From the NCBI GenBank assembly GCA_017407835.1, contig JAFQVV010000015.1:10954-74953 (forward strand): DNA of 64,000 nucleotides, given 5' to 3'. The notes beneath the pieces were generated by a model, which saw nothing but the letters and a program-made list of their open reading frames with translations, did not search any database and was not told the origin of the DNA. Below, one piece after another: positions 8,857 to 18,188 of this stretch. Position numbers and translations under genes: made by a program. Each line of letters opens with the position of its first letter. Within the stretch, counting starts at the first letter, position 1. This DNA comes from Clostridia bacterium (lineage in GTDB: Bacteria; Bacillota; Clostridia; Oscillospirales; CAG-272).

Positions 8857-10035
8857 ATGGAAAATAGACGTTTGTTTACTTCAGAATCTGTTACCGAGGG
8901 GCATCCCGATAAGATTTGCGATAAAATCTCGGATGCCATTCTCGATGCAATGCTGGCGCAGGATCCCATGTCCCGCGTCGCCTGCGAAACCTGTACGACC
9001 ACGGGTATGGTCATGGTCATGGGTGAGATCACAACCCAAGCGGTTGTCGATATTCCCGCGCTTGTTCGTGCTACCGTTGAAGAGATTGGGTATGACCGTG
9101 CAAAATACGGCTTTGACTGCCACACCTGCGCGGTGCTCAACTCCATTCACGAGCAGTCTCCCGACATTGCGCTGGGGGTAGATCGCTCCTATGAAGCCAA
9201 GCAGGGGGATACCGATGCGTATGACACGGGAGCCGGCGACCAGGGGATGATGTTCGGCTATGCCTGCGATGAAACCGAGGAGCTGATGCCCCTGCCGATT
9301 TCACTTTCCCATAAGCTGGCGCGCCGCCTGACCGCTGTCCGTAAGAACGGTACATTGGATTATCTCCGTCCCGACGGGAAAACGCAGGTGACGGTTGAAT
9401 ATGTGGATAACCGTCCGGTTCGTGTGGATACCATTGTTATCTCGACCCAGCATGCGCCTGAGGTTGAGCTGGAGCAGATCCGCCGCGATATGATCGCGCA
9501 GGTCATTGAGCCGATCATTCCCGCCGAGTTGATGCAGGATACCAAAATTTATGTCAATCCCACCGGTCGCTTTGTTGTCGGCGGCCCGCAAGGCGACAGC
9601 GGTTTGACCGGCCGCAAGATTATTGTTGATACCTACGGTGGCTATGCCCGTCACGGCGGCGGCGCTTTTTCGGGCAAGGATCCGACAAAGGTTGACCGTT
9701 CTGCGGCTTATGCCGCACGCTATATCGCCAAGAATGTTGTCGCAGCAGGGCTTGCGCGTCAGTGCGAGGTGCAGCTTGCATATGCGATCGGCGTGGCACG
9801 TCCCGTGTCGGTTCTTTTGGATACCTTCGGTACGGCTGTTGTGGATGAGGCGCGGATTCGTGATGCGGTTCTCGCCAATATTGATCTGCGTCCCGCAGCA
9901 ATTATTGAGCGCTTCGGTCTGCGCCGTCCGATCTATTCTCCTCTGGCAGCTTACGGACATATGGGAAGAGAAGATGTCGATGCACCCTGGGAGAGACGGG
10001 ATATGGCAGATGCTCTTCGTGCAGCATTGAACTGA
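8857..10035 (+). CDS. metK: S-adenosylmethionine synthetase
   Basis: [22 protein letters not shown]..., [12 protein letters not shown] and GGGAFSGKD are MetK signatures. ATG 8857 has a better SD spacing than ATG 8851; the ORF track starts at 8803, inside the riboswitch terminator. Confidence 0.95.
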   Translation: MENRRLFTSESVTEGHPDKICDKISDAILDAMLAQDPMSRVACETCTTTGMVMVMGEITTQAVVDIPALVRATVEEIGYDRAKYGFDCHTCAVLNSIHEQSPDIALGVDRSYEAKQGDTDAYDTGAGDQGMMFGYACDETEELMPLPISLSHKLARRLTAVRKNGTLDYLRPDGKTQVTVEYVDNRPVRVDTIVISTQHAPEVELEQIRRDMIAQVIEPIIPAELMQDTKIYVNPTGRFVVGGPQGDSGLTGRKIIVDTYGGYARHGGGAFSGKDPTKVDRSAAYAARYIAKNVVAAGLARQCEVQLAYAIGVARPVSVLLDTFGTAVVDEARIRDAVLANIDLRPAAIIERFGLRRPIYSPLAAYGHMGREDVDAPWERRDMADALRAALN

Positions 10036-10085
10036 TCGACACGAATTATGCTTTAACGCATATCCTGTACCGAGGAGGGGTGGAT

Positions 10086-10409
10086 ATGTGGCGCATAATT
10101 GCAGAAGTGACGGTCGCAATTTTGGCAGTCTGGGGCATTTACTGTGCCGTTGCCGCACTGGGAAAGGTGTTTTTTGTTCCCCGTGCCTATACAGTTGCAG
10201 TCCGTCTGCATTCGGACGAAACGATCGAGTCACTGACATCGCGAATTATAGAGGCTCGCCTGGCGCTTTGCGGCGGGGCAGAGCCGACGGTACTTTTGCT
10301 CTGTGAGCAGGGCGTATCTTTTGATGATGAAATCAAGGCACTTCTCCGCACACACAACGGAGAAGTGCTGCTTGTCACTCCCTATGCGGAGTCAAATGCA
10401 AATGTGTGA
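10086..10409 (+). CDS. hypothetical small membrane-anchored protein
   Basis: ATG 10086 lies 6 nt after GAGGAGGGG. There is one N-terminal TM helix (IIAEVTVAILAVWGIYCAVAAL). I recognise no family. Confidence 0.4.
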   Translation: MWRIIAEVTVAILAVWGIYCAVAALGKVFFVPRAYTVAVRLHSDETIESLTSRIIEARLALCGGAEPTVLLLCEQGVSFDDEIKALLRTHNGEVLLVTPYAESNANV

Positions 10410-10429
10410 CCGAGAAAGGAAATCTGGGG

Positions 10430-12676
10430 ATGGGTGAACGATTGCCGTATGGAGAAAGACTGCCCGATGAGGCGGGCTTGATTCGCATCGGCGGAAGTAT
10501 AGAACATGTAATTTACAGCAACGATGAAAACGGCTATTGTATTTGCGATATGGGCACCGATGACGACGAATTGATTACAATCGTCGGAACGATGCCCTTT
10601 ATTGCCGAAGGCGAAGAAATTGTTGTCTACGGAAAATGGATACACAATCCCAAATATGGCAGGCAATTTTCAGTGCAGACCTATGAGAAAATCCTCCCCG
10701 CTGATGTTAACTCCATTCTGCGCTATCTTTCATCGGGCAGCATCAAAGGAATCGGTCCCAAAACAGCCCTTCGCATCGTGGAAACCTACGGTGCCGACAG
10801 CTTTGACGTCATCGAAAACCATCCGGATTGGCTGAGCGAGATCAAAGGCATATCCCGCAAAGCGGCCGAGCGAATTTCCGAGGAGTTTCGTGCGCAGGCG
10901 GGGATGCGATCCGCCATGCTTTTCTTTCGTGATTTCTTCGGTCCCGCAACGACGATGCGGATCTATAAAAAGTGGGGGGGCGGCGCGGTCGATATTGCCC
11001 GCCATAATCCTTACCGCTTGTGCGATGAAATTGAGGGTGTGGGTTTTGAGCGTGCCGATGCTATGGCCGAGCGTTTGGGGCTGGCACGGGACAGTGAAGC
11101 ACGAATCACCAGCGGTGTGCGCTATTTGCTGACAGTGAATGCGGCACAGAACGGTCATGCTTGCCTGCCGCGTGAAAAATTGGCGGCATCGGCCGCGGCG
11201 CTGCTCGGTGTCGAGCTTGCTCGCGTCGATGCGGCGATCTCATCCTTGATGAAGTTGGAATTGCTCAAATATACCCGCATGGATGGTGTGCAATATATTT
11301 ATCTTGAAGATGTTTATTCGGATGAAAAGTATATTGCAGAAAAGCTGGTTTTGCTTGAGCGCAGCTGTGCGGGGCTGTCTCACGCCGATATCGAACGGTT
11401 TATCCTGCGTGAGGAACAGGCGGGCGGTCTTAGTTATGCCGCGCAGCAAAAGCAGGCGATTTATGATGCACTGCGCTCGGGTGTGATGCTTCTGACCGGT
11501 GGTCCCGGTACCGGAAAAACGACGGTTGTACGCGCACTGTTGGGAATTTTTGAAAGCATGGGATATAAAGTTGCGCTTGCCGCCCCCACCGGACGTGCCG
11601 CCATGCGGATGTCGGCTGCCTGTGCGCGTGAAGCCAAAACAATCCATCGTCTGCTCGAGATGGAATATACCGAAAACGAACGGATGCATTTTGTCCGCGA
11701 TGAGTCCAATCTGCTGGGGGAGAATGTGATTATCATCGACGAGGCATCCATGGTCGACAACGCACTGATGGCGGCACTTCTGCGTGCTGTCAAGCCGGGC
11801 GCGCATTTCATTCTGATCGGAGATGCTGATCAGCTTCCCTCGGTGGGGGCAGGGCGTGTCCTTCGGGATTTGATTGACAGCGGCCGTTTTGCCACCGTTC
11901 GTCTCACCGAAATTTTCCGTCAGGCGCAGAGCAGCTTGATCATCACCAACGCGCACCGTATCAATGCGGGAGAATATCCCGAGATGACGGTGAAAGATAA
12001 CGATTTCTTCTTTTTGCCCCGTTCCGGGGAGCGCGAAATTGTGGCAACCATTGCCGATCTTTGGCAGAATCGCCTGCCGCGCAGTTACGGCGAACAAACG
12101 AGAGAGCGGATTCAAGTTATCTCCCCCTCTCGAAAGGGCGGTGCCGGAACAGAGACCTTGAATATCACCCTTCAGCAGGTGCTCAACCCACCGAGCGCCG
12201 AGAAACGTGAATATAAATTCCGTGAAGTTGTCTTCCGCGAGGGCGATCGAGTCATGCAGATTCGGAATAATTATGATCTCGAGTGGGAAAAGGACGAGAA
12301 AAGCGGACAGGGGATCTTCAACGGAGACATTGGCGTGATCGAACGAATTAACCCGCACGATCGTTTGATGGAGATCAGCTTTGACGAGAAACGCGTGAAA
12401 TATGATTTCAGCAATCTCGAAGAGCTTGAACATGCGTATGCCATTACCGTGCATAAGAGTCAGGGCAGTGAATATCCGATTGTGATCTTGCCCGCGTTTT
12501 CCTGTGCGCAGATGCTCCAGACGCGCAATCTCCTTTATACCGCCGTCACCCGTGCGCAGAGCATGGTAATTATCGTGGGCAATGCCGACATCGTGCGAAT
12601 GATGGTGGAGAACAATCGGCAGTCCATGCGATATACGGGACTCGCTTCCCGCTTGCGCGAAGGGGATGCCGAATGA
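10430..12676 (+). CDS. recD2: ATP-dependent RecD-like DNA helicase (RecD2/YrrC family)
   Basis: LTGGPGTGKTT is Walker A, and IIDEASMVD, LIGDADQLPSVGAG and AITVHKSQGSEYP are SF1 helicase motifs. A HhH region (GIGPKTA) is present. ATG 10430 follows AAAGGA. Confidence 0.85.
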   Translation: MGERLPYGERLPDEAGLIRIGGSIEHVIYSNDENGYCICDMGTDDDELITIVGTMPFIAEGEEIVVYGKWIHNPKYGRQFSVQTYEKILPADVNSILRYLSSGSIKGIGPKTALRIVETYGADSFDVIENHPDWLSEIKGISRKAAERISEEFRAQAGMRSAMLFFRDFFGPATTMRIYKKWGGGAVDIARHNPYRLCDEIEGVGFERADAMAERLGLARDSEARITSGVRYLLTVNAAQNGHACLPREKLAASAAALLGVELARVDAAISSLMKLELLKYTRMDGVQYIYLEDVYSDEKYIAEKLVLLERSCAGLSHADIERFILREEQAGGLSYAAQQKQAIYDALRSGVMLLTGGPGTGKTTVVRALLGIFESMGYKVALAAPTGRAAMRMSAACAREAKTIHRLLEMEYTENERMHFVRDESNLLGENVIIIDEASMVDNALMAALLRAVKPGAHFILIGDADQLPSVGAGRVLRDLIDSGRFATVRLTEIFRQAQSSLIITNAHRINAGEYPEMTVKDNDFFFLPRSGEREIVATIADLWQNRLPRSYGEQTRERIQVISPSRKGGAGTETLNITLQQVLNPPSAEKREYKFREVVFREGDRVMQIRNNYDLEWEKDEKSGQGIFNGDIGVIERINPHDRLMEISFDEKRVKYDFSNLEELEHAYAITVHKSQGSEYPIVILPAFSCAQMLQTRNLLYTAVTRAQSMVIIVGNADIVRMMVENNRQSMRYTGLASRLREGDAE

Positions 12677-13440
12677 AATCTTATCGTCTTTCTCGATTTT
12701 TATGGTATTTGTTCGCTGTTCCGCGCTGTGCGGTCTGCCGGGAGCTCCTCTCGGCAGAGGATGTTTTGCGCGGCTATGTCGGTGCCGATGTCCTCTGTCC
12801 GTCGTGCCGCGCAGAGTGGGAGAGTGAAAAGCTGGAATCCTGTGAGATGTGCAGCTCTCCTGTGCTGGACTGCCGCTGTATGCCGGAGCTGCTCTCGACA
12901 GCAGGTGCCAAGAGCTTGATTTGTCTGGCCGATTACCGTCCCGACGGTGCGGTCGGCAGATTGATTCTTCGCCTGAAAACGGCAAAGCTTCGCCGTGCGG
13001 CGAAGTTTTCGGGCAAACAGCTTGCGGCAGGCATTAGGCGTGAGTGTCAAACATACGGAATTCTGCCCCGGGATTTGCTTGTGACCTGGTGTCCCCGCAG
13101 CAAAGAAAAACGGCGCAAAATCGGGCACGATCAAGCCGAACTTCTTGCGCGGGCAATCTCGGATTCTCTTGGTTGTACAATCCAGCCGCTTTTTCTTCGT
13201 GCCGCCGAGGGACAGGCACAGAAATTACTTGGCGCACAAGAGCGCGTGGAGAATGCCGGTGCGCTGTTTGTGCGCAATTCCGCATACAAAATCGATGGAC
13301 GTTCGATTTTGTTGGTGGATGATATTGTAACTACGGGTGCCACAATGGCACATGCTGCCGCACTTTTGCGTGGGGATGGGGCTGAAGTTGTGCTCTGCGC
13401 CGCCCTCGGACGAAGCAGATTGCGGAAAAATAAAAAATAG
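12673..13440 (+). CDS. comFC: ComF family protein (ComFC-like, phosphoribosyltransferase fold with N-terminal Cys-rich finger)
   Basis: ATGA overlap with recD2. CAVCRE...CPSCR and CEMC...CRC are Cys pairs. ILLVDDIVTTGATM is the PRT motif. Confidence 0.8.
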   Translation: MKSYRLSRFLWYLFAVPRCAVCRELLSAEDVLRGYVGADVLCPSCRAEWESEKLESCEMCSSPVLDCRCMPELLSTAGAKSLICLADYRPDGAVGRLILRLKTAKLRRAAKFSGKQLAAGIRRECQTYGILPRDLLVTWCPRSKEKRRKIGHDQAELLARAISDSLGCTIQPLFLRAAEGQAQKLLGAQERVENAGALFVRNSAYKIDGRSILLVDDIVTTGATMAHAAALLRGDGAEVVLCAALGRSRLRKNKK

Positions 13441-13442
13441 CA

Positions 13443-13471
13443 TTGCATTTTGTCGGGAAATCATGTATAAT
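13443..13471 (+). promoter_or_regulatory. sigma-A type promoter for mreB
   Basis: TTGCAT (13443-13448), 17 nt, TATAAT (13466-13471). Confidence 0.45.
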
Positions 13472-13553
13472 GATAATGAGAAGTTCTGTTTAATGCAAAG
13501 AAGAGTTAGCCGAGGAATTTAGCACTCGGTGATTTTTGACGAAAGGGAGAACC

Positions 13554-14621
13554 ATGTTTACAAAAGATATTGGGATCGACCTTGGCACGGCAACGGTACT
13601 GGTGTATGTACGCGGGAAGGGAATCGTGCTCAAGGAGCCCTCTGTTGTTGCCGTCAACACCGATACGGGTGCAATTAAGGCAGTCGGCAAGCCTGCACAG
13701 ACGATGCTGGGCAGAACACCCGAAAATATTGTTGCCATTCGTCCCCTGCGTGATGGCGTTATCAGCCGTTATGATGTGACAATGGTTATGATCCGTGAAT
13801 TTTTGCGCCGTGCACTGGGCAATACTTTGCTTAAGCCGCGTGTCATTATTTGTATTCCGAGCGGAATTACAGAGGTAGAGGCACGCGCGGTTCTTGATGC
13901 CGCCAAGCAGGCGGGGGCACAGCGTGTCCACCTCATTGAAGAGCCTGTTGCAGCCGCCATTGGCGCCGGGATTGATATCAACCGCGCAAACGGGAATATG
14001 GTCGTGGATATTGGCGGCGGAACAACCGATATTGCCGTCATTTCACTGGGCGGTGTCGTTGTCAGCGACTCGGTCAAGATTGCCGGCGATAAATTTGACG
14101 ATGCCATTATCCGCTATATGCGCCAACAGCATAATATCCTGATCGGTGAGCGAACCGCAGAAGCGATCAAAATCCGCATCGGTGCGGTTTACAGCCATCC
14201 CGAACAGCAGTTTATGCAGGTTAAGGGACGCTGCCTGATTCAAGGTCTGCCCCGTGTGGTCAATATCGGTTCGTATGAGATCATGCACGCACTGACGCCC
14301 CCCATCAGTGAAGTCATTGATGCAATCTGTGATGTCATCGAGCGCACACCTCCTGGCTTGATCGGCGATATTATGAATAACGGTATCGTCATGACGGGCG
14401 GCGGAAGTCTGCTCTACGGCTTTGACCGTTTGATTGAACATGTGACCAATATTCCCACGAGAGTGGCGCCGAAAGCGGTTTCCTGCGTTGCGGTCGGAAC
14501 GGGAATTGCGCTGGAAAGTTACGATCTTTTCTCAGAAAATGAGGTTTATGTGACCGCGGTGAGAAGTCCGGACAGACGTCCTCCCGACAGACGCCCCCCG
14601 GATAGACGAACCAATGGCTGA
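13554..14621 (+). CDS. mreB: rod shape-determining protein MreB/Mbl, with C-terminal PDRRP x3 tail
   Basis: MFTKDIGIDLGTATVLVY, EEPVAAAIGAG, VVDIGGGTTDIAV and GIVMTGGGSLL are actin-fold motifs. ATG 13554 follows AAGGGAGA. Confidence 0.9.
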   Translation: MFTKDIGIDLGTATVLVYVRGKGIVLKEPSVVAVNTDTGAIKAVGKPAQTMLGRTPENIVAIRPLRDGVISRYDVTMVMIREFLRRALGNTLLKPRVIICIPSGITEVEARAVLDAAKQAGAQRVHLIEEPVAAAIGAGIDINRANGNMVVDIGGGTTDIAVISLGGVVVSDSVKIAGDKFDDAIIRYMRQQHNILIGERTAEAIKIRIGAVYSHPEQQFMQVKGRCLIQGLPRVVNIGSYEIMHALTPPISEVIDAICDVIERTPPGLIGDIMNNGIVMTGGGSLLYGFDRLIEHVTNIPTRVAPKAVSCVAVGTGIALESYDLFSENEVYVTAVRSPDRRPPDRRPPDRRTNG

Positions 14622-14660
14622 TGCTTGCATTAAGTACAGATCATTTCGGAGGAATTAGGG

Positions 14661-16103
14661 ATGGAATATAAGATTCATGGCTATGAGCCTGCTTGTTTTT
14701 TTCGATTTTTTGAGGAAATCTGTGCCATACCGCACGGCTCCTGCAACGAAGCGGCAGTTGCCGATTATCTGGTTTATTTTGCCCGAGCTCGCGGACTTGC
14801 CGTTTGGCGCGATGAGATGCAAAACGTCTTCATCCGCAAGGCGGGGACGCCCGGAAGAGAGCATGAAGCGCCCATTTTGATTCAGGGGCATACCGATATG
14901 GTGTGCGAAAAAAATGCCGATGTTGTGCATGATTTTGCGCGTGATCCGCTCAAGCTTGCGCTGACTGATGACGGCAAGGTCTATGCGGAAGGAACGACAC
15001 TGGGCGCAGACAATGCGGTTGCCGTTGTGGCAATGATGGCACTGCTTGACGGTGCGCTTGATTCTCATCCGCCGCTGGAATGCCTCTTCACTTCGCAGGA
15101 AGAGATCGGTATGCACGGTGCCGCCGCGTTTGACTGCTCCTTGATCACAGCGCGTCGTATGCTCAATCTGGATAGCGAGTCGGATGATTCCGCGGTTGTC
15201 GGATGTGCCGGCGGACTTCGCTCGGATATGACCATTCCTGTGACGCGTACTCCGTTTGGCGGTGAAGCCCTGTCGATTGAAGTAAAAGGATTGATCGGAG
15301 GGCATTCGGGCGAGAACATTCATCTTGACCGTGGCAATGCCAATAAGATCATGGGACGGATGCTGAGTGCACTTTTGTTGGGTGAGCATGATCTTCACCT
15401 CTGCAGCATGGAGGGAGGAAGCAAGGACAACGCTATCCCGCGCGAATGTCGTGCACTGGTCTCGGTTTCCTCGGCAGATGCCGCCATGAAAAAGCTGAAT
15501 GCATTGGCAGAGGAAATTCGGGGAGAGTTGGTTGCCGATGACAGCGCGTTCTCGGTTGTGCTTGCCTCTGCGGCCGCTCCTGCGGTGATGTTGGATGCCG
15601 AGTCAACCCGCCGCGTGATTGTAACTGTTGAGGTTGCCGGAGTCGGTGTGCTGGCGATGAATCAGACGCTGAATGTAGTGGAGTTCTCTCGCAATCTTGC
15701 GGTAATTCGTACGGCAGATACGGCGGTTCGCATTACCTTTTCCTCTCGATCCCCCAAAAATTCTCAGCTTGACGCTTCCGCATTGGAGTTGGATACGTTA
15801 GCTGCATTTGTCGGCGGAACGGTGAACCACCACAGCCGATATCCCGGATGGGATTACACCGAGGTCTCCCCCCTGCGTGATGCATATGTTTCGGCATACA
15901 AAGCTCTCTGGGGTGAGGAGCCGATTGTAAAAATTATCCATGCCGGTCTGGAATGTGGGCTGCTGAAATCGAAAATCCCGGATATGGATATTATTGCCAT
16001 TGGTGTGAATCTGGAAAATATCCATTCGCCGCAGGAGAAAATGGAGCTTGCTTCCTGCGAAAAACTCTGGAAAATTATTGCGAAAATGCTTTCCAAATCA
16101 TAA
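14661..16103 (+). CDS. pepD: aminoacyl-histidine dipeptidase (M20 family, PepD)
   Basis: 480 aa. FFEEICAIPHGSCNE, ILIQGHTDMV, LGADNAVAVV and SQEEIGMHGA match the PepD pattern. Confidence 0.85.
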   Translation: MEYKIHGYEPACFFRFFEEICAIPHGSCNEAAVADYLVYFARARGLAVWRDEMQNVFIRKAGTPGREHEAPILIQGHTDMVCEKNADVVHDFARDPLKLALTDDGKVYAEGTTLGADNAVAVVAMMALLDGALDSHPPLECLFTSQEEIGMHGAAAFDCSLITARRMLNLDSESDDSAVVGCAGGLRSDMTIPVTRTPFGGEALSIEVKGLIGGHSGENIHLDRGNANKIMGRMLSALLLGEHDLHLCSMEGGSKDNAIPRECRALVSVSSADAAMKKLNALAEEIRGELVADDSAFSVVLASAAAPAVMLDAESTRRVIVTVEVAGVGVLAMNQTLNVVEFSRNLAVIRTADTAVRITFSSRSPKNSQLDASALELDTLAAFVGGTVNHHSRYPGWDYTEVSPLRDAYVSAYKALWGEEPIVKIIHAGLECGLLKSKIPDMDIIAIGVNLENIHSPQEKMELASCEKLWKIIAKMLSKS

Positions 16104-16142
16104 AGATAAGCGCTCGTGCAGTTGGCACGAGCGCTTATCTTT
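16102..16142. terminator. bidirectional terminator (pepD / regulator convergent)
   Basis: AAAGATAAGCGCTCGTGC-agttg-GCACGAGCGCTTATCTTT is a perfect 18-bp stem. Confidence 0.75.
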
Positions 16143-16824
16143 ATCGTGTGGGCAGAGACTCGCCGTAAGGCTCGACGAGGGTATATCCCATTTGGTGACG
16201 GAACTGCAGCAATTTGGGAATTCCGCCCCGTGCTGCGTGCACATTTATCGCATGAATATGCACGGGGATGCTTGTTATCGGCAGAGGGCGGTTGGGTTGG
16301 CGAAGAAACGCCGCCAAATGCTCGGCAGATATCACCGCCCGACTGAAAACGAGAATCCGGAGCAGCGCATATTGTGCAGCGGTCAGGGATGCTTGCTCAA
16401 CGCCTAACATAACAGCGTGGCGGTTTGTCGGCAAAAATAACCCGTGCAGGCAGATCGGCGGATGGTCTGTCCCGCCCCGAACGCCGATGTGATCCAGCAG
16501 ACCGCATACTTCCTCAACAGAATAGGGGGAGGATAGCTCAAGGTCACTTTGGGGCAGATTGCGCCAAATATTGGATCGATGTTTTCCGCCCAGCGCGAGA
16601 ATTCGAATGTTCGGGAAGTGCGCTCGTATCTCAACAGGATCGGGCAGCCCTTCGGGGGAGCGGTGAAAACAGAAAAGCGCAGCAGTGAAGGGCAGTGCAC
16701 ATAGATCTTTGACCAAGATCTCCTTTTCCGGAACACAGATCAAATATCCATGCCGTCTGAGCGCGCGGCAAAGGTCACGGCGCAGTGCAATTTTATAATC
16801 AGTCGAAGCAAAAAAGAGGATCAT
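16141..16824 (-). CDS. OmpR/PhoB-type winged-helix DNA-binding protein with degenerate receiver-like N-terminal domain
   Basis: Start 16824 follows GGGAGAA. The C-terminus LTAAQYALLRIL...IPVHIHAINV....LLQFRHQMGYTL is Trans_reg_C-like. The N-terminal roughly 110 aa has a receiver-like alternation but no DD pair or phospho-acceptor Asp that I can place. Confidence 0.5.
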   Translation of the reverse strand: MILFFASTDYKIALRRDLCRALRRHGYLICVPEKEILVKDLCALPFTAALFCFHRSPEGLPDPVEIRAHFPNIRILALGGKHRSNIWRNLPQSDLELSSPYSVEEVCGLLDHIGVRGGTDHPPICLHGLFLPTNRHAVMLGVEQASLTAAQYALLRILVFSRAVISAEHLAAFLRQPNRPLPITSIPVHIHAINVHAARGGIPKLLQFRHQMGYTLVEPYGESLPTR

Positions 16825-16948
16825 CGTTTCTCCCTTGCTGAATATGGCAATGATAGATATTTTAACACCAATCCACAAACGTGTCAAGAGAATTTTGGGA
16901 TTACCGTGAAAGGGAATAAAAAGTTTTCGGAAAAAATAAAAAACCCTC

Positions 16949-16977
16949 TATACAAACTCCAAAAAATGTGGTATAAT
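16949..16977 (+). promoter_or_regulatory. candidate sigma-A promoter for rlmB
   Basis: TATACA (weak -35), 17 nt, TGgTATAAT (extended -10, 16969-16977). Confidence 0.4.
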
Positions 16978-17035
16978 ATATCGAATATATAATGCGATTC
17001 ATATGCTCTGATGAGAATAAATAAAGGATTATACT

Positions 17036-18157
17036 ATGGAACAGAAGAAAAAGCAAACAACAGACAATTCTGCGATGCGTAAGCCCAATCAAAATCGGTA
17101 TCGCGGAAACAATCAACATAAGTCCCGTAAGCCAAACCGTGCAGCAGATACTTCCGCTGCTCCCGAATTCAAGGAAAACAAGCCGATATACAGCGATAAG
17201 TCTCATGCGCAAAATAAGCCTTACCGCGATCAAAAGAAAGACAACCGTCCGGATAACCGCCGCGGTGGGAAAAACGCCAGAGGCGGCCGAGGCGGTGCGC
17301 GGTATGATGCATCCCGTGCTGAGGACATTAAGCTTCGCCACAATGAGTATGTCGCCACTTACGAAGCAGATGAAGAGATGCTCGATGAGCGAAACGGTGA
17401 ACTGCATCCCAACGTCCAAGGAGACAGCGGTGCCGTCATCGGGCGCAATGCAGTTCGGGAATTGCTGAAATCCGAGCGGTCAATTGACAAAATCTTTGTC
17501 CGCCGCGGAGATCGGGAAGGTTCGATTGTTGTGCTGGTTGCCGAAGCTGTCAACCGCGGCATCCCCGTCATCGAAGTCGAGAAGAGCAAGTTGGATACAT
17601 TGGCGGGTTACGCACCCCACCAGGGCATTATTGCACTTGCCGCGGCAAAAGAGTACTCGACCGTGGAAGATATTCTTGACATCGCCAAATCGCGGGGGGA
17701 AAAACCGCTGATTGTTGTGGCAGACGGGATTGTCGATCCCTATAATCTCGGTGCACTTATCCGCTGTGCCGAGTGTGCGGGAGCGCACGGGCTGATTATT
17801 CCCAAACGCCGTGCTGTCGGTCTTACCCCGATCGTGACCAAAGCATCTGCCGGAGCGATTGAGCATCTTGCCATCGCTAAGGTGTCCAACATTGCCCAAA
17901 CGTTGACGTGGCTGAAAAAGCAGGGCATCTGGACCTATGCTGCGGAAGCGGGCGGAAAAAGTTATCATGACACCGATTTCCGCGGGCCTGCAGCCATTGT
18001 GTTCGGCAGCGAAGGCGACGGCGTTTCTAATTTGATTATGGAGAAATGTGACTTTATTACATCAATTCCGATGTACGGTAAGGTCAATTCATTCAATGTT
18101 TCCACCGCGGCTGCGGTTATTCTCTCCGAAGCTGCAAGGCAGCAACGCACAGAATGA
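17036..18157 (+). CDS. rlmB: 23S rRNA (guanosine-2'-O-)-methyltransferase RlmB (SpoU/TrmH family) with roughly 125-aa basic N-terminal extension
   Basis: GRNAVRELLKS is the SpoU substrate-binding domain. LGALIRCAECAGAHGLI, IVFGSEGDGVS and IPMYGKVNSFNVSTAAAV are SpoU methylase motifs. Confidence 0.85.
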   Translation: MEQKKKQTTDNSAMRKPNQNRYRGNNQHKSRKPNRAADTSAAPEFKENKPIYSDKSHAQNKPYRDQKKDNRPDNRRGGKNARGGRGGARYDASRAEDIKLRHNEYVATYEADEEMLDERNGELHPNVQGDSGAVIGRNAVRELLKSERSIDKIFVRRGDREGSIVVLVAEAVNRGIPVIEVEKSKLDTLAGYAPHQGIIALAAAKEYSTVEDILDIAKSRGEKPLIVVADGIVDPYNLGALIRCAECAGAHGLIIPKRRAVGLTPIVTKASAGAIEHLAIAKVSNIAQTLTWLKKQGIWTYAAEAGGKSYHDTDFRGPAAIVFGSEGDGVSNLIMEKCDFITSIPMYGKVNSFNVSTAAAVILSEAARQQRTE

Positions 18158-18188
18158 ACCTATCAACTGAGCAAGGAGTTTGGAATTC

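Noticed and set aside
11240-12985. 581-aa ORF antisense to recD2/comFC
   Set aside because: It lies entirely within a well-supported helicase gene on the opposite strand. Its translation is Arg/Gly/His/Ser-rich, has no recognisable motif and has no SD. It is a typical shadow ORF of a codon-biased gene. The same reasoning applies to 9301..10239 (antisense metK), 3433..4188 (antisense proC), 7682..8602 (antisense patB), 14655..15398 (antisense pepD), 18423..19370, 21402..22238 (antisense serS), 25114..25659 and 42077..42727.
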